The translations under genes and the position numbers were made by a program. The notes below the pieces were generated by a model. It was not told the origin of the DNA and ran no database searches. It was given only the letters and a program-made list of their open reading frames with translations. This document shows, one piece after another, positions 20,484-30,724 of a stretch of 64,000 nucleotides of DNA (positions are counted from its first letter, which is position 1; the number at the start of each line of letters is the position of its first letter). The DNA is from an uncultured delta proteobacterium (lineage in GTDB: Bacteria; Desulfobacterota; Binatia; Binatales; Binataceae). The stretch is from contig CAVXXK010000003.1 of NCBI GenBank assembly GCA_963765675.1, positions 192,001 to 256,000 of the forward strand, read 5' to 3'.

Positions 20484-21772
20484 TCAAACCCAGTGGCGTT
20501 GCGGGGCGCCGCGGTAGCGCATGCGGGGGCGGATCAGGCGGTTGTCGGCGTATTGCTCGAGCGCGTGCGCGATCCATCCGGCTGCCCGGCCGATTCCGAA
20601 AATCGCGGCGGGGATGCCGCGCGGAAACCCGAGCATCCGGGTCGATACCGTCAGATAGAAATCAAGATTCGGGCGCAGGCGATCGCGCTTCCACACCGCC
20701 TCCTCAACCTTGAGCGCGGCCTCGAAGAGCTTGCGTCCCTTGCGCCGCGCGAGAGTCTCGGCATGCGTTCTGCAGCAGCGCTGCGCGCGGATCGCCGGCG
20801 GAATAGATCGCGTGGCCGAAGCCAGGGGGCAGGCGATGCTCCCGCGCGATCGCGTCGAGACAATCAGCGACCTTCGTTCCCGCGTCGATCTGCGCGAACA
20901 TCTCCTCGATCCTATCGCAGGCTCCGCCGTGAATCGGACCCGAAAGCGAGCACAGCGCGGCCAGCACCGACGCGAACAGATCCGCGCCCGGTGCTCGCGA
21001 CCACTCGCGCTGCAAAGGTCGAGGCGTTGAGCTCGTGCTCGGCGCATGCGACCAGCACGCGGTCGAGCGCGGCGATCTCCCACTCCGGCGCGGAACTTCC
21101 GGCGACCGCCAGCAGCAGCCGCGCCGCCATCCCGGTGCCACTTGCCGGTCTTCCAATCGGATGAGTCCCGAGCGCGAGCGGCAGTTGGCTGATGATCAAT
21201 TTGGCGCGATCGATTCGCGCACGCGGCGCTTGCCGGCGATCCCACGCCGCCAGCGCCGGCAGCATCGCCGCCATCCGGAGCAGCGGCGGCGAGTCGGGGC
21301 CGACGGTCTCGATCGCGGCCGCGACCTCCGCGGCCATCGCGGCTCCCGCTATTTCCGCGCGCAACGCCGCGGTCTCGTCCGGCGACGGCCGTTCGCCGTT
21401 CCACAGGAGCAGGCAGACTTCTTCGTAGCAGGCGTGCTCGACGACCTCCTCGATCGGATAGCCGCGGTACGCGAGTTGCCCGTCGATAATCGAGCTGACG
21501 CCCGACTCGGCGACAATCACGCCCGGCGCCCTCGATTCCGAATTTTTCGGCTGCGCGACCGTGACCCACGACGACGCATCGGGGAGCGCGCGTCCTCTGC
21601 GCCCGCGTTCGGGAACGATAACTCCCCGCAACGCCTCGATATCGCCGCGCCGATAGAGCGCCTGGCGCCCTACCCTGCGCCGATAGCTTTTGAGCCATCC
21701 GCGACTGACGTAGGCGTAAAGCGTCCCGACTTTTACGCCGAGTGCGCCGGCCGCCTCGGCGGCGGTCAGCAT
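20484..21772 (-). CDS. Citrate synthase family protein with N-terminal helix-turn-helix (two +1 frameshifts near 20988 and 20772)
   Basis: LTAAEAAGALGVKVGTLYAYVSRG (HTH), then LAYRGYPI, EHELNASTFAAR, GPIHGGA, GFGH..DPRA, PNLDF, RAAGWIAH across three frames. Confidence 0.85.
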
Positions 21773-21945
21773 CTGGGTGCGATCGGAGTTGCGGGTAGCC
21801 ACCGCGCCATGACGCCATCGCGAGGCGATCGCGTCAAGAGCACCATTCGCGTTCAAGTTGCATCTAGTTTGGGCAACATATATACAGTTGGAAAACACAA
21901 CCCAAGGAGATGGCCCAGATGCCAGCGCAAGCAAAGCAAGGTCCT

Positions 21946-22737
21946 ATGCTGGAAAACATCAAGGAGCTCGGCAACCGGATAGACTGGAGCAAAACCGCGC
22001 ACGATTACGCGCAGCATCGCGCCGGATTTCCTGACGCATTCTTCGAGCGGCTGGCCGCGATGGAAATAATCCGCGCGGGGAACGCCGCGCTCGACCTCGG
22101 ATGCGGGACGGGCACGATCGCGCGCGGCCTTGCCAGACGCGGGATGCAAGTGACCGGGCTCGATCGTTTACCGGCGATGATGGAGCAGGCGGCCCGGCTC
22201 GACCGCGAAGCGGGGGTAAAGGTCCGCTATGTCACCGCGGCGGCGGAGAACACAGGTCTCAACGACAAGAGCTTCGACCTGGTGACGGCGGGACAATGCT
22301 GGCAATGGTTCGACAGCAGGCGCGCGGCCGCCGAGGTGCGCCGCGTTCTCAAGCCGGGCGGGCGGTTCGTCCTCGCGAACTTCGACTGGATACCGCTGCC
22401 GGGCAACGTCGCCGACAAGACCGAGAAGCTCATCATGAAGCACAACCCGTCCTGGAAGCTGAACGGCGGGATGGGGATTCATCCGCTGTACGCTCACGTG
22501 CTCGGCCTGTCGGACTTCCGGAATATCGAGACGTTCTCGTTCGACCTCGACGCGCCCTACACGCACGAATCGTGGCGCGGGCGGATTCGCGCGAGCGCCG
22601 GAATCGGCGCTGATCTCAAGCCCGACGCGGTGAAGCGTTTTGACGCGGAGATGGCCGCGATGCTCGATGAGAAATTTCCCGGCGATCCGCTGCCGGTGCA
22701 TCACCGCGTCTTCGCCGCGATCGGCGTCGTGCCGTGA
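21946..22737 (+). CDS. Class I SAM-dependent methyltransferase (start uncertain, 21910-21946)
   Basis: LDLGCGTG, FDLVTAGQCWQWFD, RVLKPGG. Confidence 0.88.
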   Translation: MLENIKELGNRIDWSKTAHDYAQHRAGFPDAFFERLAAMEIIRAGNAALDLGCGTGTIARGLARRGMQVTGLDRLPAMMEQAARLDREAGVKVRYVTAAAENTGLNDKSFDLVTAGQCWQWFDSRRAAAEVRRVLKPGGRFVLANFDWIPLPGNVADKTEKLIMKHNPSWKLNGGMGIHPLYAHVLGLSDFRNIETFSFDLDAPYTHESWRGRIRASAGIGADLKPDAVKRFDAEMAAMLDEKFPGDPLPVHHRVFAAIGVVP

Positions 22738-22747
22738 GACGGGGAAC

Positions 22748-22769
22748 CACAGGCTAAAGCCTGTGCCAC
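22748..22769 (-). repeat. REP-like palindrome with GTGG tetranucleotide
   Basis: Minus strand GTGG-CACAGGCT-TT-AGCCTGTG, intergenic. Confidence 0.65.
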
Positions 22770-22805
22770 TTAAGCCTCAATCATTTTCCTCAGGAGGATT
22801 CTGGG

Positions 22806-23297
22806 ATGGCCAACTCGCCGAACGTTGTGCATCAGGAGGAAATGCAGTGGATCGAGAATTCGCGCGGCAGCGGTTTTGCCTTTAAGCGCAAGCTGCTCGG
22901 ACAAGCGGCGGGAAGCGTGCAGCTCGGATGCAGCCTGTTCGAGATTTCGCCGGGAAAGTCGGCGTGGCCGTTTCACTATCACTGGGCCAACGAGGAGGCG
23001 ATCTACATCCTCGACGGCGCGGGCACGCTGCGGCTTGGCGATGAGAAGATCGAGGTACGCACCGGCGACTATATCGCGATGCCGGCCGGTCCGGCGCATC
23101 CGCATCGTTTGATCAATACTTCCAACGCGCCGCTGCGCTACCTGTGCTTCTCGACCGTGATCGAAACCGAGGTCTGCGTTTATCCCGACTCAAAGAAGGT
23201 CGCAGTCGGGATCGGCCCGACGGGCAAAAAGGTCTTCGGCGCGATCTATCGGCGCGGAACCGAGGTCGATTACTACGACGGCGAACCCGGCGCGTAG
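22806..23297 (+). CDS. Cupin domain protein
   Basis: PGKSAWPFHYHWANEEAIYILDG..PAG..HRLIN; YPDSKK. Confidence 0.88.
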   Translation: MANSPNVVHQEEMQWIENSRGSGFAFKRKLLGQAAGSVQLGCSLFEISPGKSAWPFHYHWANEEAIYILDGAGTLRLGDEKIEVRTGDYIAMPAGPAHPHRLINTSNAPLRYLCFSTVIETEVCVYPDSKKVAVGIGPTGKKVFGAIYRRGTEVDYYDGEPGA

Positions 23298-23935
23298 CGC
23301 GCGAGTATCGCAGGCAGATCGGCCGGCGCGTCGCAGTTCATATGCGTACCAGAAAGTTCGTCGCGCGTGCCGTAGCCCCAGAGCGCACCGATCGTGACGA
23401 TCCCAGCCGCACGTCCGCCATCTATATCGTGAGCACGATCGCCGACCATCGCGGTGGCACGCGCCTCGAGGCATGCGACATCAAGCACGTGCGGCACCAG
23501 CTTGCGCTTGTCGGCGAAGCGGCCATCGAGCTCGCTGCCGTAAACGCCTTCGAAGAAATCGCGGAGCTTGAACTCGGCGAGAATCCGCTCGGCGCTGGAA
23601 GTAAGTTTCGAGGTCGCGACGAACAGGCGGCGCCCCGATGCGAGCGCCGTCAGCATCGCAGGCACCCCGTCGTACACGAGGTTTTCGCGGAATCCGATTG
23701 ACTCGTAGCGTTTGAGGTAATGCGCGAAGGCGCGATCGATAAGCATCGAATCGTCGGTGCTCAAAAGCCGCGCGAAGTTTTCGCGCATCGGCGGTCCGAC
23801 GCACCATCCGAGTGAGTCTTCGGGCGACGGCTCGACGCCGAGCGCGCGGATTGCGTGCCGGATCGATTTGATGATGCCCACGCGAGAGTCGGTCAGAGTT
23901 CCGTCAAGATCAAAAAGCAAGTTGTTGATTCGCAT
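23273..23935 (-). CDS. HAD-family hydrolase (phosphoglycolate phosphatase/nucleotidase-like)
   Basis: FDLDGTLTDS, ATSK, MVGDRAHD, ALWGYG. Confidence 0.9.
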   Translation of the reverse strand: MRINNLLFDLDGTLTDSRVGIIKSIRHAIRALGVEPSPEDSLGWCVGPPMRENFARLLSTDDSMLIDRAFAHYLKRYESIGFRENLVYDGVPAMLTALASGRRLFVATSKLTSSAERILAEFKLRDFFEGVYGSELDGRFADKRKLVPHVLDVACLEARATAMVGDRAHDIDGGRAAGIVTIGALWGYGTRDELSGTHMNCDAPADLPAILARYAPGSPS

Positions 23936-24022
23936 TCGATGCAGACCCGGTTCGACATTTGCGTTGCTTCGAGACTATAGGAAAGTTTCGCGTATCACCG
24001 CACATTGGCCTGGAGTTCGAGC

Positions 24023-25094
24023 ATGGAATTTGGAACTTTGATTTTCACCAAGCCGGATCGGATCGTGCACGACGTGCCGCACGCGGAGGCGCGAGGATTC
24101 TCGCACGCGTGGATTCCCGACTCACATATGATCTGGGGCGATACCTACGCGTGCATGGCGATCGCCGCGACCTGCACCAAGCGCATCAAGCTCGGCACCG
24201 GAGTCGCCGTCGCGTCGAACCGGATTGCGCCGGTGACGGTGCATTCGATCGCGACCATCAACCAACTCGCCCCCGGCCGCACGATCCTTGGTTTCGGAAC
24301 CGGACATACCGGGCGCCGCGTTATGGGCTTGCCGCCGGTGCGGCACGAGGATTTTCGCGAGCAGGTCCGCGTGATTCACGATCTGCTCGCAACCGGCGAG
24401 GCGAGCTATCGGACCGAGGGACTCGAGCGCAAGATTCGCTTCCTGCATCGCGACCGCCGCTTCATCAACCTGGACGACAAGATTCCGTTCTACGTCGCCG
24501 CCAACGGACCCAAAACGCTCGCGCTTGCGGGCGAGTTCGGCGACGGTATTATCACGACCGGCGTCGCAACGCCCGAGCGTGTTGCCGCCGTGCGCAAGCA
24601 CGCGCAGGCCGGAGCGTCAAAGGCCGGACGCGACGCGTCGAAGCTGCCGATTGTGTCGCTGACCCATGTGTGCGTGCTCAAACCCGGCGAGGCGATCGAC
24701 TCGCCGCGGGTGAAGGCGATGACGGGGCATTGGGTGATGGCCTCGATGCACGCGATCGTGGCGGGATACGCGAGTCCGAATTCGCTGCCGCCCGGTGCGC
24801 GCAAGGTCTACGACGCGTACGCCGAGCACGTCGCGGCGCTCAAGACTCCCGCGGCGGAGCGCTACCTCGACGTTCATATCGGGCACTGCTGCTTCGTTGC
24901 GCCGGAGGAAAAAAGATTCGTGACGGCAGAGACGATCGGCGGCGACCACCATCGTCGGTCCGCGCGAGGCCGTGCTCGAGCAGCTCCGCGCCTTGGACAA
25001 GGCGGGCCTCAGCCAGATTTTTCTCAATCCGCCGATGGACGGATTCGACGAATGCCTTGACGACATCTCGCGCGACGTGATCGAGAAACTTTAG
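24023..25094 (+). CDS. LLM-class flavin-dependent oxidoreductase (one +1 frameshift near 24938)
   Basis: GFSHAWIPDSH, IKLGTGVA, PGRTILGFGTG, AANGPKTLALAGEFGDG; C-terminus TTIVGPREAV..VIEKL* lies in the adjacent frame. Confidence 0.85.
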
Positions 25095-25138
25095 GCATCG
25101 CGTTTGCCCATTTTCACGGCGGCCCCTAGACTTGCGCG

Positions 25139-25900
25139 ATGGCGATCGGCAGGGAAATTGAGCGGGCTCAGCGCCTGGGCCTGTTGCCGTATGCGCAGTA
25201 CCGGAGCCTGCGGCTGCGCAACCGCTTCTTCAAAGTCGCCAACCTGCTGGGACCCGAGCGCCATCAATGCCCGTGCTGCGGATGGCGCGGGATGCGCTTT
25301 CTTGATTACATCCGCGAGGACGTGATTGTGCCGGCATCGGTATGCCTCCGATGCCGCAGCCATGCGCGCCACCGGGTCCTGGTGTTGTATCTCGAAGAGT
25401 TGCTGCGCGCGATGCCGGAGCATTCCTCGATTCTACATTTCGCTCCCGAGCGCGCGTTGTCCCGCGTCTTCGAGTCGCATCGCAAATTCTTATACGTGGG
25501 CGTCGATATCGGGAGACGCGCCATCAGCGCGCGCGCCGACATGACCGCGATCCCGTTTCGCTCTTACGCGTTCGACCTGGTGCTCTCGAGCCATGTGCTC
25601 GAACACGTGGAGGACGAGCGTGCCGCGCTTGACGAGATCGCCCGAGTGCTCACTCCGGGAGGATGCGCGGTGATCATGGTGCCGATGGTGCCAAATTGGC
25701 GCCAGATGCCTACGGTGGAATTTGGACGGGCGAACTATCAAGGTCACTGGCGCCAATATGGAAGTGATCTGGCCGCCCGGATCGATGCCTGCGGCCTTCG
25801 ATGCGCGATCGTGCAGCCGGGCGAGTACGCGCCGCGCGAGCTCTGCCTGCGCTACGAGATCACCGATGTTCCGATTTTCGTCGCAACCAAACCGGCCTGA
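25139..25900 (+). CDS. Methyltransferase_11-like protein with N-terminal Zn-ribbon
   Basis: CPCC..CLRC..RHR, ILHFAPE, ADMTAIPF..FDLVLSSHVLEHV. Confidence 0.8.
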   Translation: MAIGREIERAQRLGLLPYAQYRSLRLRNRFFKVANLLGPERHQCPCCGWRGMRFLDYIREDVIVPASVCLRCRSHARHRVLVLYLEELLRAMPEHSSILHFAPERALSRVFESHRKFLYVGVDIGRRAISARADMTAIPFRSYAFDLVLSSHVLEHVEDERAALDEIARVLTPGGCAVIMVPMVPNWRQMPTVEFGRANYQGHWRQYGSDLAARIDACGLRCAIVQPGEYAPRELCLRYEITDVPIFVATKPA

Positions 25901-25930
25901 CGCCGCGCAGGCCGCAGCCAGAGCGCGAAG

Positions 25931-27178
25931 CTAAAACGGGTAGTTGATTCCGGAGAAGACCGCCGCACCCTCGCCGCCCCATCCGACGTCGACGTAGCCG
26001 ACTACGAACGGTTCCGCGATTCCGCGAAAGCCAACTCCGCCTACCGGGTGCAGCGCGGACCACGCCACCGGATCATAGCCCATCGAGCGCGCGACGCGGC
26101 CCGCCTCCGCGAACGGTGCGATCTCGAGCGTGCCGTGAGTGCCAAACAGATTCGCGTCGTAAACCCGGGTGCGAACTTCGAAATTCCCGACCGAGAGATT
26201 GTTGTCAACGAAACGGCCGGTGCCGTAGCCGCGCAGCGGCTGCTGATCCGCGAGCTCGCTGTCGTCGCCGCCAAGCCGCGCCATCGCCCAGAACGGCATC
26301 TCGCCGCCGGCCGGCTCGTATTCGGTGAACAGATGCCCGACCAGAGTGATTCGCGATCCGATCGGATAGTACTGCCGGATCTCGGCGCCGAAGCGATTGT
26401 ACGAAACCGAGCTGGCGAATCTCCGATCCGCGACCCCGTAGAAAATCCGGAAGAGTCCGCCATGGCGCGGGATATCCACCGAGTCGCGCGAGTCGTACTG
26501 GAGCATCACTTGGGTCAGAATCTCGCTGCCGCCGCCGAGACCCTTTTGATTCGGGAACTGCTGCGAGATGTCCGGCAGATTGTTGAATGCGCCTTTCTGA
26601 ATGCGAATCCATCGCGGCCGTTCCATCACCGAGAGCTGCAACTTGTCGGTGAAATTCAGGCCGACGATTCCTTCCGCATAGAGCTGCTGGGTGGTGTAGT
26701 TCGACTCGTTGCCTTCTGACGAATCGTTGCCGACCCCGTAGAAACGCTCGGTTGGATCGCGCTCGAAATACAGGCGGCCCTCGTACGTGAACCAGTTCTT
26801 GTGAGTTCGTCCGCCCTGATAGTCGAGATCGACTTTGCGCGCGATGTTCCAGGATCCGCCGGCAACCGTGTACCAGTTGATATCCTCGGAAGGATAGGCG
26901 AGATAGCGGAAATTGCCGCCAGCGCCAAGCGTCGTATTCCAGTTGATATCGGGTGCTATGATGTTGCGAATCTGATCCTTGGAATCGGTGTCGAGATAAA
27001 CCGGCAGGATGCCGACCGTGGTTCCGGCGTTGGGATCGGTCGCAACCTCGGGAACCGGGATGACGGGCCACGACGTCGGATTCATCAAGTCGAAGGCCGA
27101 CGCCGACGTCGCGCAAGCGAGCAGCGCAATCATCGCGGCAAAAGCGATCCTGCCGGCCAATCCGATCCTGATTGTCAT
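25931..27178 (-). CDS. Omp85/BamA-TamA family outer-membrane beta-barrel without POTRA domains
   Basis: Signal peptide; YDSRD, LRGYG.GRF lid motif, C-terminal INYPF. Confidence 0.8.
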   Translation of the reverse strand: MTIRIGLAGRIAFAAMIALLACATSASAFDLMNPTSWPVIPVPEVATDPNAGTTVGILPVYLDTDSKDQIRNIIAPDINWNTTLGAGGNFRYLAYPSEDINWYTVAGGSWNIARKVDLDYQGGRTHKNWFTYEGRLYFERDPTERFYGVGNDSSEGNESNYTTQQLYAEGIVGLNFTDKLQLSVMERPRWIRIQKGAFNNLPDISQQFPNQKGLGGGSEILTQVMLQYDSRDSVDIPRHGGLFRIFYGVADRRFASSVSYNRFGAEIRQYYPIGSRITLVGHLFTEYEPAGGEMPFWAMARLGGDDSELADQQPLRGYGTGRFVDNNLSVGNFEVRTRVYDANLFGTHGTLEIAPFAEAGRVARSMGYDPVAWSALHPVGGVGFRGIAEPFVVGYVDVGWGGEGAAVFSGINYPF

Positions 27179-27565
27179 TCGCGACTCTGAAACCTTACGC
27201 GACCCTGAAAGTTACGAAACTTTAATCTTCGTCGCGCGTCTTCCAAGGCTCGCCCGCGCGATGCGATGAACAAAAGTGGCAGTCTTGACGAGGAGGATCA
27301 ACCATCCCCCGCACGAAAATCTCTCCAGCACCAATCTTCCCACTTGTCTCCTTCATAGCCTCCACCAGCTTCCGCACGTTTCTTCCACAATGTGCCGCGC
27401 GCGGGATAACTTCGGCTTTTCGCTGCCGAGTGAAATGTGCAAGGATTCGAACCGAACGAATCCCGTATCGCGAAATCGGCGCGACCCGCACGGCGCGGGC
27501 GCGTACCGGCACCGTCATCATGGGCGGCGCCGCGCGGCGGGAATAATCGCACGGAGGGATTTCAG

Positions 27566-29260
27566 ATGGCTAAGCGAGACGGCGGCGAACTGATCGCCCG
27601 CGTGATGCGGGAAAATCGCGTTCGCTATTGCTTTGCAATTAACGGCGGACACTTGTTCCCGATCCTCGCGCAACTGCGCGACAACGACATCAAGCTGATC
27701 CACATGCGCCACGAACAGGCTACCGCCTACGCCGCCGACGCATACGCCCGCAGCTCGGGCGAGGTGGGAGTGTGCATGGTCACGGCAGGATGCGGTCTCA
27801 CCAACGCGGTCACCGGACTTTGCGTCGCGGGTCTGACCAACAGCGCGGTGGTCTGCATCTCGGGACAGCATCCCAACACCGAAGACCATCTGGGATCGTT
27901 CCAGGAGGCTTACGGCTCGGAAGTCGTGAAGAGCTTCTCGAAGTTCACCAAGCGCGTGACCGACTGGAGCTCGATCGAGTTCGATCTGCGCTCGGCTTTT
28001 CGCGAGGCGATCTCGCCGCCGCAGGGCGTCGCGCTGTTCGAGATCCCGCAGAACATTCTCTATCACCATGAAGAAGAAGCCGGGCAGCGCAAGGGCGCGC
28101 GCGGCTTCACGCTCGACGACGTGCGCGGCGCGGGCGACCCGGCCAAGATCGATCGCGCGGTCGAGATGCTGCACGCGGCCGAGCGCCCGGTAATCGCGGG
28201 CGGCGACGGACTGTTCTGGTCGCAGGCGGGCGCGGAGCTGCGCGAGTTCGTCGAACTGACAGGGATCCCGGTTTACACGCGGCGCGCGGGCCAGGGCGCG
28301 GTTTCTGAAGAGCATCCGCTCGCGATTCGAGGCGCGTGGAAGAAGCCGTTCACCGGAAAGGCCGACGTGGTGCTGGCGGTCGGCTTCCGCTTCTGGAGCG
28401 GCGAACATTTCGGACAGCCACCGACGTGGACCGACAAGGCCAAGTACATCCAGGTCGATCCGACTCCGACGCGCATCGGATGGCAGGTCAATGCCGATCT
28501 TCCGATCGTCGGCGATTGCAAACTCGTGCTGCGCCAGATGATCGATCGGATCAAAGAACTCAAGCTCGACTTCTCGAAGAACAAGACTTCCGAATGGACC
28601 AAGGAAGTCGGCACGACGCGCGCGCGCTTCGAAGCGCAGATCAAGGAACAGAACAGCAAGGTCATCGCGAACAAACCGATTCATCCGGCGCGCCTGTGCG
28701 AGGACCTGATCAAGGTGCTCGACAAGAACGCGACTACGATCATCGACAGCTTCACGCTCTCCGGATGGATGAGCCGCGCGTTCACCTGCCGCTTCATGGG
28801 CCAGGTGGTTGACGCGGGACCGCTGGCGCCCGTCGGCCATGGGGTCGGGATGGGCATCGGCGCGCAGCTAGCGCGGCCGGGACAGCAGGTGGTGGTGATC
28901 GAAGGCGACGGCGGACTCGGCATCGGCGGCTTCGACATGGAAACCGCGGCGCGCTACAAGCTGCCGATCGTCACCGTGCTGTGGAACAATAGCTCGTGGG
29001 GTCCGAATTTCGATCAGATGCCGGGGCTCAAGGGCAAGACCGATCCGTTCAACATGCTCAAGGACATCCGCTACGACAAGATTTTCGCCGAGATGGGATG
29101 CCACGGCGAGCAGGTCGAGACGCCGGAGCAGATCATTCCGGCGCTCGAGCGCGCGTTCAAGTCGGGCAAGCCGGCGATGATCAACGTGATCGGCGACACC
29201 AGCGTCGGCAACGCGACGCTCGGCGGCAATCTGCTCGGATCGACCGGCTCGAAAGGCTGA
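27566..29260 (+). CDS. Thiamine pyrophosphate-binding enzyme (acetolactate synthase/acyl-CoA lyase-like)
   Basis: MRHEQATAYAADAYAR; GDG..NN TPP motif; GGAGG RBS before the ATG at 27566. Confidence 0.9.
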   Translation: MAKRDGGELIARVMRENRVRYCFAINGGHLFPILAQLRDNDIKLIHMRHEQATAYAADAYARSSGEVGVCMVTAGCGLTNAVTGLCVAGLTNSAVVCISGQHPNTEDHLGSFQEAYGSEVVKSFSKFTKRVTDWSSIEFDLRSAFREAISPPQGVALFEIPQNILYHHEEEAGQRKGARGFTLDDVRGAGDPAKIDRAVEMLHAAERPVIAGGDGLFWSQAGAELREFVELTGIPVYTRRAGQGAVSEEHPLAIRGAWKKPFTGKADVVLAVGFRFWSGEHFGQPPTWTDKAKYIQVDPTPTRIGWQVNADLPIVGDCKLVLRQMIDRIKELKLDFSKNKTSEWTKEVGTTRARFEAQIKEQNSKVIANKPIHPARLCEDLIKVLDKNATTIIDSFTLSGWMSRAFTCRFMGQVVDAGPLAPVGHGVGMGIGAQLARPGQQVVVIEGDGGLGIGGFDMETAARYKLPIVTVLWNNSSWGPNFDQMPGLKGKTDPFNMLKDIRYDKIFAEMGCHGEQVETPEQIIPALERAFKSGKPAMINVIGDTSVGNATLGGNLLGSTGSKG

Positions 29261-29284
29261 TCGAATTAGCGCTCGCGATTGCAA

Positions 29285-29322
29285 GGCGGGATGCGCATCG
29301 CGCGCATCCCGCCGCTTTCTTT
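29285..29322 (+). terminator. Intrinsic terminator of the TPP-enzyme gene
   Basis: GGCGGGATGCGC / GCGCATCCCGCC stem followed by GCTTTCTTT. Confidence 0.65.
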
Positions 29323-29334
29323 GGAATGATAATT

Positions 29335-29545
29335 TCGCGACGAAGGATCGACCGGCGAGACGCCAACCCTACTGACTCCCTTCTGCCAGTGGCCGCCGAC
29401 GGTCCGTCGGCCACGCGAAGCGTCATCTGTGTGTGTGCGGATAAATCGCAGAGCAGCGCCTCGCCCGCCGTCTGATCCCTCGCCCTGAAAGGGAGGTGCC
29501 ACTGGCACGCGGTTAGGCGAGAGTCCGAACTCAGCGCCGCGCGAC
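29335..29545. ncRNA. Candidate structured non-coding RNA, family unassigned
   Basis: Long-range complementarity TGCCAGTGGC/GCCACTGGCA and CGCCAACC/GGTTAGGCG enclosing several hairpins; no credible ORF. Confidence 0.35.
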
Positions 29546-29571
29546 AATAAAGAAAGCGCTCCGCAAGGCCG

Positions 29572-29648
29572 CCCTCACCCACGCGTCACGATGCTTGCGA
29601 AACAAACGCAAGCATCGCGCCGCGTCGCCCTCTCCCGGAGGGAGAGGG
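29572..29648. repeat. BoxC-like palindromic repeat with an internal hairpin
   Basis: CCCTCACCC...CCCTCTCCC-GGA-GGGAGAGGG enclosing CGATGCTTGCG/CGCAAGCATCG. Confidence 0.6.
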
Positions 29649-29764
29649 TATCCACAGGCTGCTCCACGCGCGCGACGAACCGGCGCGACGCCGATCCTGC
29701 TGAACCGGGCCGCTACATTGGTGTAATCTGTATTTGTAATCGACTGCGCCAAATCGAGGCTTCG

Positions 29765-30232
29765 ATGAAACTTAAAGCGTTACTTCTGATTTTTCCGGCG
29801 CTGCTTTTTGTCGCCTGTAACCCGTCGGCGAGCGCGCCGATCTCTTGTCCGGCGGGAACCACTGCGATGGGCTCGCCGCCGCCCGCCGGCGACGAAACCT
29901 GGTGCCAGAAAATCGTCGACGGCCAACCGGTCAAGGACGGTCCGTTCGTGCTCTACCGCAGCGGCGGCAGCATGATGCTGCGCGGCTCGTATCACGACGG
30001 CAAGCAGGACGGCGAATGGACGATGTGGTACGACAATGGGCAGAAAGGCTCGATCGATCATTACAAGGACGGGGTCGAGGACGGTGAGCATATCGGCTGG
30101 TACACCAACGGCAAAATTTCCGCGCAGGGAAATTACAAGGACGGCAAGCGCGAGGGCACATGGAAGCGCTGGGACTCGCAGGGCTTCAAGAACTGGGAAG
30201 AGGTCTACAAGGACGACAAGCGAATTTCGTGA
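29765..30232 (+). CDS. MORN-variant repeat lipoprotein (YwqK-like)
   Basis: Lipobox LFVAC; repeats GSYHDGKQDGEWTMWYDNG, YKDGVEDGEHIGWYTNG, GNYKDGKREGTW. Confidence 0.8.
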   Translation: MKLKALLLIFPALLFVACNPSASAPISCPAGTTAMGSPPPAGDETWCQKIVDGQPVKDGPFVLYRSGGSMMLRGSYHDGKQDGEWTMWYDNGQKGSIDHYKDGVEDGEHIGWYTNGKISAQGNYKDGKREGTWKRWDSQGFKNWEEVYKDDKRIS

Positions 30233-30238
30233 GCTCAC

Positions 30239-30724
30239 GTGACGAATGACTTCGCAATCGTCGACGCAAACCTGGCGAATCCCGCCCACGCGGCGGCGCT
30301 GATCGAGCTGTTCGATCTCTACCTGCGCGATCCGATGGAGGGCGGCGCGGCGATGCCGCCGAGCCTCAGGCGCGAGCTGGTGCCGGGTTTGCGGGGGCAT
30401 CCGGCGTGCTACGTGTTCCTCGCGTACCAGGGACGAGAGCCTGTAGGCTTCGCGATCTGCTTTCTTGGCTTTTCGACTTTCAGAGCGCGCCCGCTGCTCA
30501 ACATTCATGACATCTCCGTGCTCCCCGCGATGCGCGGAAGAGGCGCCGGCGCGGCGATGCTCGCGCGGATCGAGGCCAAGGCGCGCGCTCTCAATTGCTG
30601 CCGCTTGACGCTCGAAGTCCGTGAAGACAATCACGTCGCGCGCGGGCTTTATCGCAAGTTCGGATTCACCGAGGCGATGGCGGGCACTGCGCGAATGGAA
30701 TTTTGGAACAAGGCGCTCGCCTGA
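30239..30724 (+). CDS. GNAT family N-acetyltransferase
   Basis: LNIHDISVLPAMRGRGAG..LEVREDN..ARGLYRKFGF. Confidence 0.9.
   Translation: MTNDFAIVDANLANPAHAAALIELFDLYLRDPMEGGAAMPPSLRRELVPGLRGHPACYVFLAYQGREPVGFAICFLGFSTFRARPLLNIHDISVLPAMRGRGAGAAMLARIEAKARALNCCRLTLEVREDNHVARGLYRKFGFTEAMAGTARMEFWNKALA

Noticed and set aside
29765-30724. YwqK-like antitoxin plus GNAT as a toxin-antitoxin pair
   Set aside because: The MORN protein has a lipoprotein signal and would be exported, and the GNAT looks like an ordinary small-molecule acetyltransferase
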